Assembly: GCA_947494155.1 (NCBI GenBank)
Contig: CANLTW010000004.1
Location: 18,273-82,272 of the forward strand
Reading direction: 5' to 3'
From: Chlamydiota bacterium
GTDB lineage: Bacteria > Chlamydiota > Chlamydiia > Chlamydiales > RGXB01
DNA length: 64,000 bases
This document shows positions 39,746 through 48,354 of the stretch, in pieces. Under the pieces are notes generated by a model. That model was not told where the DNA came from, made no database searches, and worked only from the letters and a program-made list of their open reading frames with translations. The translations under genes were made by a program, and so were the position numbers. Numbering within the stretch: position 1 is the stretch's first letter; every line of letters starts with the position of its first letter.

Positions 39746-41827
39746 ATGCATACAGTATCAAATTTTTTGGCACCAGTCGAGGATCCAACCCACCACCCCT
39801 CTTACATACACTATAGAAACCGCGTTCTCGATGGGGAAACGGATCAGTTAAGAAAACTTTTTGAAATTATTGCTTACACCGGAACGAGTATCCCGTCTGT
39901 ACTAGAGAAAGATCGTGTTCTTTACGAAGAGATCCAAAATAGGATGGGATCAAGATGGGTCTGTTTGGCTACGGAATCCTCTATCGCCTCCCAGATGACA
40001 AAGGATTTTTCTGTCCCCGTCTGGAAAAATAGGAAGTTTGAATTGCTTAAAATGGATTTGGAGGACGATCAATGGGAATTCTTTAGCTCACTGGAGGCCT
40101 ATTTGGAGGACGAAGGGATCGAGGGGCTAAAAAAAGTTTTTCAAGATCCGCAACTCAAAAGTTTTCTTGCAAATCATCCTCAGGAGTGGATTCTTTCTGT
40201 TTATAAGATGTTTCCTGAGGCCAAAGAGACGATTGAAGAAAACTTTCACATCTCTTTAAACGTTGAGGCTAGAAAAAGCCATGAATGGAAACAGGCATTA
40301 GAGGCATTATATGACAATCTTCTACAAAATCCAGAGAATACGGCCTCATTACTTAGGAGTTTTTTGAGGCAAACAGGCGAGGGGGGATTAGAGAATCTTT
40401 TTTTAGAAAAGCCCATACAAGATCTGCTTTTCCAAAATGAGGAGGTTTTTTGGATTCCAGAGGTTCTTAAAGAGTTTCCTCAGGCATGGGAGAAAATTGA
40501 GGCTCAAATCTCCAAACTCTGGCTGACCAACCCAGATCTGTTACAGTTTCTTGAAAGAGATAGCGACTGGTTCAAAGCCCTCAAAAAGGGGGCGTTTACC
40601 ACTACACCGCTGCTTTTTCTTTCCGATTACGCAAAAAAGGGAAAAATATCCTATCAAAAACTTGATCCGGGAGTATTGCATAAGATTTTTTTGCAAGAGG
40701 CTTATCATCCTATTTTGCATAGTGACAAAAACTATCCATGGATCCCTTTTTACTTATCCCATCTCCCGGAAAATGTGCAGCTGGTAGAGGCTTTTATCGC
40801 AAAAAAATGGAAAGACGATCCTGCATTCTTCGAGGTAGTGCGAGAATCCAACCTGTGGTTAGAGGCTTTAGTGAAGACGCTCCGTCAGTCTCGAGAACCC
40901 TCTGCGTTTTTGTTTTTTGTCGATTTAATTAGACTATCTTGTGATTTGAAAGGGTTGAGTCCGGAAAAAACCAGACATTTTCTTTTGTACCTTCCCGATT
41001 GGATGTTAGCTAAATTTGGGAAAGCGCCCTTTTATAAAGATAAAAACGACTCATTTCGCGAGGTTATCAAAGACCTTTGTGAAAAGACAACGCAAAGGAC
41101 TTTAGAGGAAAAAGCGTTGTCCATCGAGTGGTGCAGGCTGGTCAAAAATCTCCATCCGATAGCCCTCATTGAGCTTTCTAAAATGGTGCCCGCGCACCAG
41201 CTTGCCTCAAGATGGATCCCTTCGATGGAGCTTCATCAGCTATTATTACTCATCCCTTTACTGGAGCTGGCCCCTTTCAAAACTGTTTTTAATGAGCTTT
41301 TTTTAGAGGAGCATCCAAGAGCCTTGATGTTTGCGACCGAGATGCAAAAGGAGTTTTACGCTAATGTATTCGCCTACGCTTTTGATCAGGACTTTCAGAA
41401 CACTTTTCCACTACAAGAGCAAACGATAGAGGCGCTTAACGGCTTTCTTTTGAGAAAAAGGACCGCTCTTAAGTCTATTCAAGCCCTTTATAGGAAAAAA
41501 CCTCAAAATATTGCCCAGTGCCTCTCTTTGCTTGAGGGGAAACTGGAGCAGATTGAGAGGGGAGTATCACCCCTTTTCTTGCAGGAGATCCGTTTAGAGG
41601 AATTGGTGCAAGAGTGGAAAAATACTTCTCTATCCGAATCCCAAAAAGTCTCGTTCGAGGTCCCTTTGAAACCGGTAGATAGCACACGCCCCTTGGAGTT
41701 AGAAAATGTCTCTTCAACGGAAAGCGAGCATCCTGAGGGGCATTTTTTCTCCTCCAAGGAGACTGTGATTCTCCCGAAAGTCTCCATCCCGCGACTCCCT
41801 TTGGAGCGGTTAGAACGGGACTCTTAG
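39746..41827 (+). CDS. Helical-repeat hypothetical protein
   Basis: 693-aa ORF with three degenerate ~90-95 aa internal repeats. Confidence 0.75.
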   Translation: MHTVSNFLAPVEDPTHHPSYIHYRNRVLDGETDQLRKLFEIIAYTGTSIPSVLEKDRVLYEEIQNRMGSRWVCLATESSIASQMTKDFSVPVWKNRKFELLKMDLEDDQWEFFSSLEAYLEDEGIEGLKKVFQDPQLKSFLANHPQEWILSVYKMFPEAKETIEENFHISLNVEARKSHEWKQALEALYDNLLQNPENTASLLRSFLRQTGEGGLENLFLEKPIQDLLFQNEEVFWIPEVLKEFPQAWEKIEAQISKLWLTNPDLLQFLERDSDWFKALKKGAFTTTPLLFLSDYAKKGKISYQKLDPGVLHKIFLQEAYHPILHSDKNYPWIPFYLSHLPENVQLVEAFIAKKWKDDPAFFEVVRESNLWLEALVKTLRQSREPSAFLFFVDLIRLSCDLKGLSPEKTRHFLLYLPDWMLAKFGKAPFYKDKNDSFREVIKDLCEKTTQRTLEEKALSIEWCRLVKNLHPIALIELSKMVPAHQLASRWIPSMELHQLLLLIPLLELAPFKTVFNELFLEEHPRALMFATEMQKEFYANVFAYAFDQDFQNTFPLQEQTIEALNGFLLRKRTALKSIQALYRKKPQNIAQCLSLLEGKLEQIERGVSPLFLQEIRLEELVQEWKNTSLSESQKVSFEVPLKPVDSTRPLELENVSSTESEHPEGHFFSSKETVILPKVSIPRLPLERLERDS

Positions 41828-41886
41828 TTTTTCAAGAGGGGATGTAGGGCAAGCTTTTTTTGCCCATAAAAACCAGGGGAGGAAAA

Positions 41887-44112
41887 TTACAGGTTTTTTA
41901 GGAGAGCAAGCTCTAAAGGGAGAAATTGCTGTAGGGGGATCGTGCGCCCTTTTTTAGAGTGTTTATCGATCAGCTCTCTTAAAGTGGGAAAATGGGAAAA
42001 TGGGGCAGTTGATGCCCCAAATGCATGCTGAGGTGTTGTGGTCAATGAGGGTTTAGCAAGCCAATCGTAAAACTGAATAACAAGGGGGTGGTTAGGGTTA
42101 TGAAGGTTTTCAATCAACTCCAGAGCCTCTTTTTGCCCCAGCGTCTCCAAAGTTTTTGTTTTCATCAAATAAAAGGCGATAAGGCTCTCCCCGTCTTTCA
42201 AGTCGATGCAGGGGGGTACTTCAAGAGTTTGAAGAAGCTCATGAATTGCCGGGGTGTTTTTAGGGAGCAGATGATACTTCAATACAATCAGCGCAAAAAG
42301 ATAAGGACCTAGGCGCCCCTCTTCTTTGGATTGTTCTAGGCGAAAAAGGATCTCCTCCTCAATAAGGATCAGTTGCGCATCGTTTCTAAATAAATTTAAA
42401 GCAATCTCGTAACATTTAGCCTCCTCACCCACCTCATGTAATTTGCGGTAGCTTAACCCCTTTCCAAGCCATTCCAGGATCCCTTTTTGCGTTTTGTGCA
42501 GTTTTTCGAAAGCCTCAAAAGCCTCATCGGTTCGATTGAGCTCTAAAAGGGTGAGACCGCTTCTGAACGTAGCAATAAGACCCTCGGACCTCCGTTCAAA
42601 AGAGTGGCTGATTTTTTTGTACTCTTCCAAGGCTTTTTCATATAGCCCGTTAGCAAAAAAAGTGTCTGGGATGGTCAAGCATCCGATTCTTGCATTGTAA
42701 GATCCACAAGAGACGGAAAAGCTTTTCATTTTAAACTGCAGATCTTTGTAGACTAGACCCACATGTGCTCCCGTTACAGGCAAAAAGATGGGGACAACAA
42801 AAAGGGTTTTACCCCCGATTTTCAGTTGGATCGATTCGTAAAGTTTTTCTATTTCTATCTCTAGACTTACCCCCTCCTGGACTTGGGGAGCGCAGAGGGT
42901 TTTTAGAACGATTCCGGCACGCAACAGCCGCACCTGGTTTGGGGCAATCCAGACAGTCAAGCCGGAGTCTAGACCTTTTTGCTCCATTCTATGGGCAACA
43001 CCAAGTAAAAATCCTACCCCCTCGTTCCCTTTTTCTAAAGTAATATGCGCTTCAAGCTTCACGTTTCCCGGAAAAAGCGTTGAGGAAAGCATGTAGATAG
43101 CCCAATCTTTGGTCTGTTTTAAAACCACGGTTTCTTGCAATTCCCAGTCCGATGGGTTTTTGGGATCCAATCGGGCAGCAAAAACCCAATCGGCTTTCCC
43201 TTCGAAATACTGCTCTAAATCAGAAATCATCTCCTTGAGGTTTTGGTAGCGGTGCTCTTTCTTGAAAGAGAGGCAACGCATAGCGATTTTTGCAAGAAGG
43301 GGGGGGATTTCACGCATCGGTGCGACATCTATGGGATCTAAAATCTTTTCCTCTTGGGCCTGTTGTTTAAACATCTTCACCGACTGCCTTTTAAAAGGGT
43401 GTTTCAAAGTGAGGATTTGGTATAGTATGACACCCAAGGAGTAGATATCGCTTTGCACGCTGTCGAGTTTCTCCAAGATCCTCTCGGGTGCCATATAGGT
43501 GATGGTTCCCACAATTTTACCCACGCGTGTTAAGTCGGGATGGGATTTTAAGACCGGCATGTCATCGAAAGATTCCTCATTCATATCGGCATACTCGGCA
43601 AGTCCGAAATCGTAGATAAGCACCTCGTTGAATGGGCCGATCAGAATATTTTCGGGTTTCAGATCCCGATGCAAAACCCCCTTTGAGTGTGCATACTGAA
43701 CGGCATGGCAGATTGTCAGAAAATCCCTTACTAGATGGATTGTCGAGGCTTTAGACTGTCGGTAGCTAGCCAAAAGAGTTTTAAGAGTTTTGCCCTGAAT
43801 GAAGGGCATTATATAGAAAAGATCTTGAAAATTTTCCTCGATGGAATAGACACCTAAAATGGCAGGGTGAGTAAGCTGAGCCGCTATTTTTGCCTCTTTC
43901 AGGAAGCGTTGGCGAATCAGAGGGATCCCATGCATTTCGGGGCGGATCCTTTTGAGGGCAACATCCCTTTCGGTTTTAGGGTCATAACAAAGATACACCT
44001 CCCCCATGCCACCCTTGCCGATAAGCTCTTTGACCTCATAGTGGCCAATCGTCTTAGGGGGTTTTGTCAAAGGGTGCAGGGATTCCTTAGAGCTTTCGAC
44101 TTCTCTGTCCAT
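41887..44112 (-). CDS. pknD: Ser/Thr protein kinase, chlamydial PknD-like
   Basis: IGKGGMGEVY, VALK, HRDLKPEN, DFG, GTITYMAPE; C-terminal TPR-like region; next to valS as in Chlamydia. Confidence 0.85.
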   Translation of the reverse strand: MDREVESSKESLHPLTKPPKTIGHYEVKELIGKGGMGEVYLCYDPKTERDVALKRIRPEMHGIPLIRQRFLKEAKIAAQLTHPAILGVYSIEENFQDLFYIMPFIQGKTLKTLLASYRQSKASTIHLVRDFLTICHAVQYAHSKGVLHRDLKPENILIGPFNEVLIYDFGLAEYADMNEESFDDMPVLKSHPDLTRVGKIVGTITYMAPERILEKLDSVQSDIYSLGVILYQILTLKHPFKRQSVKMFKQQAQEEKILDPIDVAPMREIPPLLAKIAMRCLSFKKEHRYQNLKEMISDLEQYFEGKADWVFAARLDPKNPSDWELQETVVLKQTKDWAIYMLSSTLFPGNVKLEAHITLEKGNEGVGFLLGVAHRMEQKGLDSGLTVWIAPNQVRLLRAGIVLKTLCAPQVQEGVSLEIEIEKLYESIQLKIGGKTLFVVPIFLPVTGAHVGLVYKDLQFKMKSFSVSCGSYNARIGCLTIPDTFFANGLYEKALEEYKKISHSFERRSEGLIATFRSGLTLLELNRTDEAFEAFEKLHKTQKGILEWLGKGLSYRKLHEVGEEAKCYEIALNLFRNDAQLILIEEEILFRLEQSKEEGRLGPYLFALIVLKYHLLPKNTPAIHELLQTLEVPPCIDLKDGESLIAFYLMKTKTLETLGQKEALELIENLHNPNHPLVIQFYDWLAKPSLTTTPQHAFGASTAPFSHFPTLRELIDKHSKKGRTIPLQQFLPLELALLKNL

Positions 44113-44640
44113 AAAAAAACTATCGCACGAACAGGATCAACTTGGCAAGAAACACCTGAGTTTTCTTTCTCCTATTGGATAGCAATCTTTGAGTGTGATA
44201 CCGACAACCCCCTTTTTTTTGAAAAAAGAGTTTAAAAATGGGGTGATGACCCTATCACGCGCGCATTGAGAGATTTAAAAAAAGGGGGAGGGGATTCAGA
44301 TGTGACCGTAACAAAAACAACAAAAGGCGATGTTGTGATTGATATTGAATAATAAAAGTTTGTCGGCCAAACCTTTTTTAACACTCCTCTTTAACACCTT
44401 TCGAAGATCGCCAGCTCAGGGGGCAGTCGCACATACTAAATGCTTAAACAGCGGTTTTTGAAACTAACAAATTGACAAAGAGCGGATTATAAAAAATGTA
44501 AAATACCCCTTTTAAATAAATATAAAATATTTTATTTATTAAATTATAGTAAGTGCGTTGAAGCCGCAGGGGTTTCCATCGCGCGCGAAGTAAAAAAAAA
44601 CTATTTTTTAACGAGTGTTAAATTTTAAAAAGGGATTTAT

Positions 44641-44865
44641 ATGCCAAGAAAACAAGCAAAAGCTCCTAATGTTAACCCCAAACAGCCGCAAGAACCAACT
44701 AAGCGTGGTGGTGTTGGAGATATTGTTGAAAACCAATATAATTTTTTTATTGGGGGGGGAAGCACTGGTAGTGTAAACCAACCAGGTAATTTAATAGGTG
44801 ACGATGGGACAGACCCCAATGAGCGAAGTGGAACTGCTCCAGGTGCACCTAAGGGGTCGTTCTAA
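44641..44865 (+). CDS. Small Gly/Pro-rich peptide (74 aa), cassette 1
   Basis: AAGGGA SD-like sequence upstream, terminator immediately downstream; paralogous position to the 53-aa ORF. Confidence 0.65.
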   Translation: MPRKQAKAPNVNPKQPQEPTKRGGVGDIVENQYNFFIGGGSTGSVNQPGNLIGDDGTDPNERSGTAPGAPKGSF

Positions 44866-44878
44866 ACGATTTATAACG

Positions 44879-44933
44879 TTTATTGCACCAAAAAAATCTC
44901 TAGAGGCTCTGCTTCTAGAGATTTTTTTTTCCC
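44879..44933 (+). terminator. Bidirectional terminator hairpin, repeat copy 1
   Basis: aaaaaaatctctagaggc-tct-gcttctagagattttttttt. Confidence 0.85.
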
Positions 44934-45382
44934 TCTCCCGAAAATGGAAAAAACCTTTTCGGGAGAATCTTCTAGATTGGAGGTTCTTTAAAAAAGCGCT
45001 CAGCGAGTGTTTAATTAGCTTACAATCCCATTTTTTTAACCTGTTGCAGGAAATAGCCAAAAATAGCGATTTGGAAATGGGAATTTTTAGTGGCGCTCGC
45101 ACTTAAAGACATCTCCATTTTTGCCCAAGGTTCAGCTCTAACTTGGCTTAATAGGAGTTCGCCTCTTAGGGGAGTTTAGCTAGGAAGAATCCGGAGTAGT
45201 GGTTTTGAACGCAAGGAATTCAACTAAAGCATATTATAAAAAAAATTAAAAATTTATAGAAAATAAATGTAAAATATTTTATGTAATAAATAACAGGGAA
45301 TGTGATGGGTGCGTTGACGATCCTATCGCAATAAAACATTCAATAAATTGTTAAATTTTATTAAAAGGAATTCGTGGATTTT

Positions 45383-45544
45383 ATGGGAAAAAAACAACAA
45401 AAAGGAGCTCTATCAGCTCAAAGACTACGTGGTGGCAAGAAAGAAGTGACACAAGATCTCGCGGGGGAGGAAACAACAAAAAAACCCGGGAAAGCTCCAG
45501 TTTCAGATCAACCTTCTTGTGGCCCAAGCACAGAGAGTTACTAA
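45383..45544 (+). CDS. Small peptide (53 aa), cassette 2; not in the ORF track
   Basis: MGKKQQKGALSAQRLRGGKKEVTQDLAGEETTKKPGKAPVSDQPSCGPSTESY; same position relative to the conserved leader and terminator as the 74-aa ORF. Confidence 0.65.
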   Translation: MGKKQQKGALSAQRLRGGKKEVTQDLAGEETTKKPGKAPVSDQPSCGPSTESY

Positions 45545-45558
45545 TATACCATTGTGAA

Positions 45559-45613
45559 TTTATTGCACCAAAAAAAATCTCTGGAGCACTGCTTCTAGAG
45601 ATTTTTTTTGCCC
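45559..45613 (+). terminator. Bidirectional terminator hairpin, repeat copy 2
   Basis: tttattgcaccaaaaaaaatctctggagc-act-gcttctagagatttttttt, near-identical to 44879-44933. Confidence 0.85.
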
Positions 45614-45761
45614 AATTACCAAGAAGGGAAATAATCTTTTTAGAGGAGCATCCTAAATAGGAAGTTTAAAAAAGCTCTAAACCGGTGTTAATTTTAGCTC
45701 TAAGCCCCTTTTTTTCAAAAAGTTGTCGCAGGAAATAGGGAGAAATAGTCAGAATAAGGGG

Positions 45762-46784
45762 ATGAAAAAGAGAATTCTTACTGGAGATCGCCCTACAGGA
45801 CAGCTCCATCTTGGCCATTATGTGGGTTCGCTTAAGAATCGGATCGAAATGCAGCATAGCCACGAACAGTTTGTGATGATTGCAGATGCGCAAGCTTTGA
45901 CAGATAATTATGATCATCCTGAAAAAATCCGTTCGAATATCTTTGAGGTGATGCTCGATTACCTTGCAGTTGGTATTGACCCTAGTAAATCGACAATTTT
46001 TATTCAGTCCCAAATTCCACAGTTGTTTGAGTTGACCTTCTATTTTCTGAATATGGTGACTTATAATCGACTCAAGCACAACCCTACCGTCAAGATGGAG
46101 ATGCAACAAAAAGGGATGGAAGAGACAGTTACGGCTGGATTTATGATCTATCCAGTGTCTCAAGCTGCGGATATCGCCCTTTTCGGCGGGGAAGTCATCC
46201 CTGTGGGGGCGGATCAAATGCCCATTATTGAGCAAACCAATGAGATTGTTCGCCGTTTCAATTCTGTTTACCATACCGATGTGCTTAAAGAGGCGCAACC
46301 TTTGCTCTCGTTATGCCCGAGGCTACCGGGTGCTGACGGTAAAGCTAAAATGTCCAAATCGCTGGGCAACGCACTTACATTAAGCGCCTCTTTCAAAGAG
46401 ATTGAAGAGGTTGTTAAAAAAATGTACACCGACCCGGCCCATTTACGAGTTGAAGATCCCGGGAAAGTGGAGGGGAACGTAGTATTTACCTACTTAGATG
46501 CTTTTGACCCCGACCTTAACCGTGTCAAAGAGTTAAAAGACCACTATCAAAGGGGGGGGCTTGGGGATATGACCCTCAAACGCCACCTGATGCAAGTGCT
46601 GGAAAATTGCGTAGCCCCTTTTCGGGAAAATAGGGAACGACTTAAACAAAATCCCCAAATGGTGCTCGATCTTCTCCAGGAGGGTACTAGTCGTGCAAAA
46701 AAAGAGGGGCAGAGAAAACTTGAAGAGATTAAAGATGCGATGAGAATTAATTACCGTCTCGATCACTTCAGTACAATGCGCTAG
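45762..46784 (+). CDS. trpS: Tryptophan--tRNA ligase
   Basis: ILTGDRPTGQLHLGHY, YPVSQAADI, KMSKS; ATG at 45762 preferred over TTG at 45723. Confidence 0.98.
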   Translation: MKKRILTGDRPTGQLHLGHYVGSLKNRIEMQHSHEQFVMIADAQALTDNYDHPEKIRSNIFEVMLDYLAVGIDPSKSTIFIQSQIPQLFELTFYFLNMVTYNRLKHNPTVKMEMQQKGMEETVTAGFMIYPVSQAADIALFGGEVIPVGADQMPIIEQTNEIVRRFNSVYHTDVLKEAQPLLSLCPRLPGADGKAKMSKSLGNALTLSASFKEIEEVVKKMYTDPAHLRVEDPGKVEGNVVFTYLDAFDPDLNRVKELKDHYQRGGLGDMTLKRHLMQVLENCVAPFRENRERLKQNPQMVLDLLQEGTSRAKKEGQRKLEEIKDAMRINYRLDHFSTMR

Positions 46785-46979
46785 TCTCTCTCTGAATTAA
46801 AGGGTTTTAAAGGGTCATTTAAAACCCTAATTAGGGAAGAACCCCCCCCCCATTTTAAAAATGTATTTTGATAAAAATATCCTTTTGATTTTATGCTCTC
46901 TCAAAGACCCTTTGTACAAAAACAAAAAAACTTTTGATAAAAGGGGTCGTGTTACGAAAAACTTAAACGAGAGATCGAC

Positions 46980-48308
46980 ATGAAATATTGGGGTTTGAGC
47001 GCTATTTTATTTGCCAAAGCTACATGGGGCTTGGCTGACGAGGGAAACGTCGTTGCTGCATACTATGAAAATTGGTCTCAGTATAGGCCACCCTCCGGAG
47101 GTCGAGCTGTCTTTTTTCCAAAAAATATCGATCCCACTATTATAACCGATATCCATTTTGCTTTTGCTATTTTCGGTTTTGTAGACGCATCCTTAGACCC
47201 CAATAATCCCCACCTTACAGGCGACTTCTCGATTCAACCAGTCGAGTGGAATGATCAGTCTGTTCTTTATCAACAAATACAAGGTTTAAAACAAATTAAC
47301 CCTAAACTCAGATCGATTCTTACTATCGGCGGTTGGGGATTCAATGATCCTAACGACCCGAATGGGATAGGAAAAACTACCTACAAGCTGTTTAGCCAAA
47401 TGGTTTCCACAGAGGCCTCTAGGACTCAATTTATCCAATCCGCCATAGCTTACGTAAAGCAGTATGGGTTTGACGGCATCGAAATCGATTGGGAGTATCC
47501 GGGCGACTTGACCCGGGGCGGAAGCAATGCAGATTTTGGAAATTTCCTGACTCTTTTAAGCGAGATGCAAACTGCTTGCAAGGCACAGTCCCCTCCACTC
47601 GTTTTATGTTATGCTTCCCCCGCTCTTATCCCCTCCGGAGTACCGGCCCAATACAGAGACAATCCACAAACCTACTACCAATGGCTCAAAGAGTGTTCCG
47701 ATTACGTGGATCGCATGCATGTCATGACGTACGATTACCACGGCGCATTTGACAATCCGAAGGTAACAGGGGTAAATGCACCTTTGATGGCCGATACGGA
47801 CCCCTCCAGTACAAATTTCATCAAAGCTACCATGGAAAACTACATCAATAATGGGGTGGATCCCCAAAAGATCGTTTTGGGGTTAGCAGGCTATGGGCAT
47901 AGCTATTCAGGGGTGGAAAACCTTACAGAGACCAGCAATGGGCCTGGACATGTTTTTAGTGCTGCAGGGGACGCGGGTCCAAGCACAAAAAGCCCCGGTT
48001 TTCTAGCTTACTATGAGATAGCAGATGCTACGGCGACCAATCAGCTGACTTTTGGCACCGATTCTACTACACAGACAGCCTATGGATATAACACCTCTAC
48101 CCAGCAGTGGGTCAGCTTTGATACCCCAGATACTATTGCGCTTAAAGCTCAATACGCAAAGTCTTTAGGGCTCAAAGGGGTCATGTTTTGGGCGATAGAT
48201 GATGATGAGTATGCTTGGGGAAATCGATTTCCTAATCTTAGAAGCGCTTATCAAGTGATGGCCCCACAAACAGCTGATTTTATAAAATTTGTAAAAATTC
48301 CGATGTAA
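46980..48308 (+). CDS. Secreted GH18 chitinase
   Basis: Signal peptide; YYENWSQYR, IGGW, FDGIEIDWEYP, MTYDYHG, GVMFWAID. Confidence 0.92.
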   Translation: MKYWGLSAILFAKATWGLADEGNVVAAYYENWSQYRPPSGGRAVFFPKNIDPTIITDIHFAFAIFGFVDASLDPNNPHLTGDFSIQPVEWNDQSVLYQQIQGLKQINPKLRSILTIGGWGFNDPNDPNGIGKTTYKLFSQMVSTEASRTQFIQSAIAYVKQYGFDGIEIDWEYPGDLTRGGSNADFGNFLTLLSEMQTACKAQSPPLVLCYASPALIPSGVPAQYRDNPQTYYQWLKECSDYVDRMHVMTYDYHGAFDNPKVTGVNAPLMADTDPSSTNFIKATMENYINNGVDPQKIVLGLAGYGHSYSGVENLTETSNGPGHVFSAAGDAGPSTKSPGFLAYYEIADATATNQLTFGTDSTTQTAYGYNTSTQQWVSFDTPDTIALKAQYAKSLGLKGVMFWAIDDDEYAWGNRFPNLRSAYQVMAPQTADFIKFVKIPM

Positions 48309-48354
48309 AAACAAAAAAGAAAGCTCTCCCCTTTTTCATCAAAACAGGGGAGGC

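Larger units (their letters stand above)
44451..45067 (+). repeat. Tandem cassette copy 1 (leader + small ORF + terminator + downstream flank)
   Basis: Shares blocks with copy 2: ggttttga, attataaaaaa, taaaatattttat, gtgcgttga, tgttaaatttta, ~55-bp terminator, tttaaaaaagc, gcaggaaatag. Confidence 0.85.
45199..45749 (+). repeat. Tandem cassette copy 2
   Basis: Degenerate direct repeat of 44451-45067 ending just before the trpS start. Confidence 0.85.

Noticed and set aside
44791..45106. 102/103-aa ORFs on both strands across cassette 1
   Set aside because: They run through the terminator hairpin and overlap the 74-aa ORF, and no equivalent ORF is listed for cassette 2
44238..45544. Complete RiPP/bacteriocin cluster built on double-glycine peptides
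   Set aside because: No peptidase-containing ABC transporter or modifying enzyme in the window; kept only as one hypothesis for the peptides
44879..45613. Palindromic ~55-bp direct repeat considered as a CRISPR repeat
   Set aside because: Only two copies, 680 bp apart, with terminator-like A/T tails and no cas genes
44451..45749. Type I toxin-antitoxin repeats (Ldr/Ibs-like)
   Set aside because: The peptides are hydrophilic and Gly/Pro/Lys-rich rather than hydrophobic, and no antisense promoter could be supported
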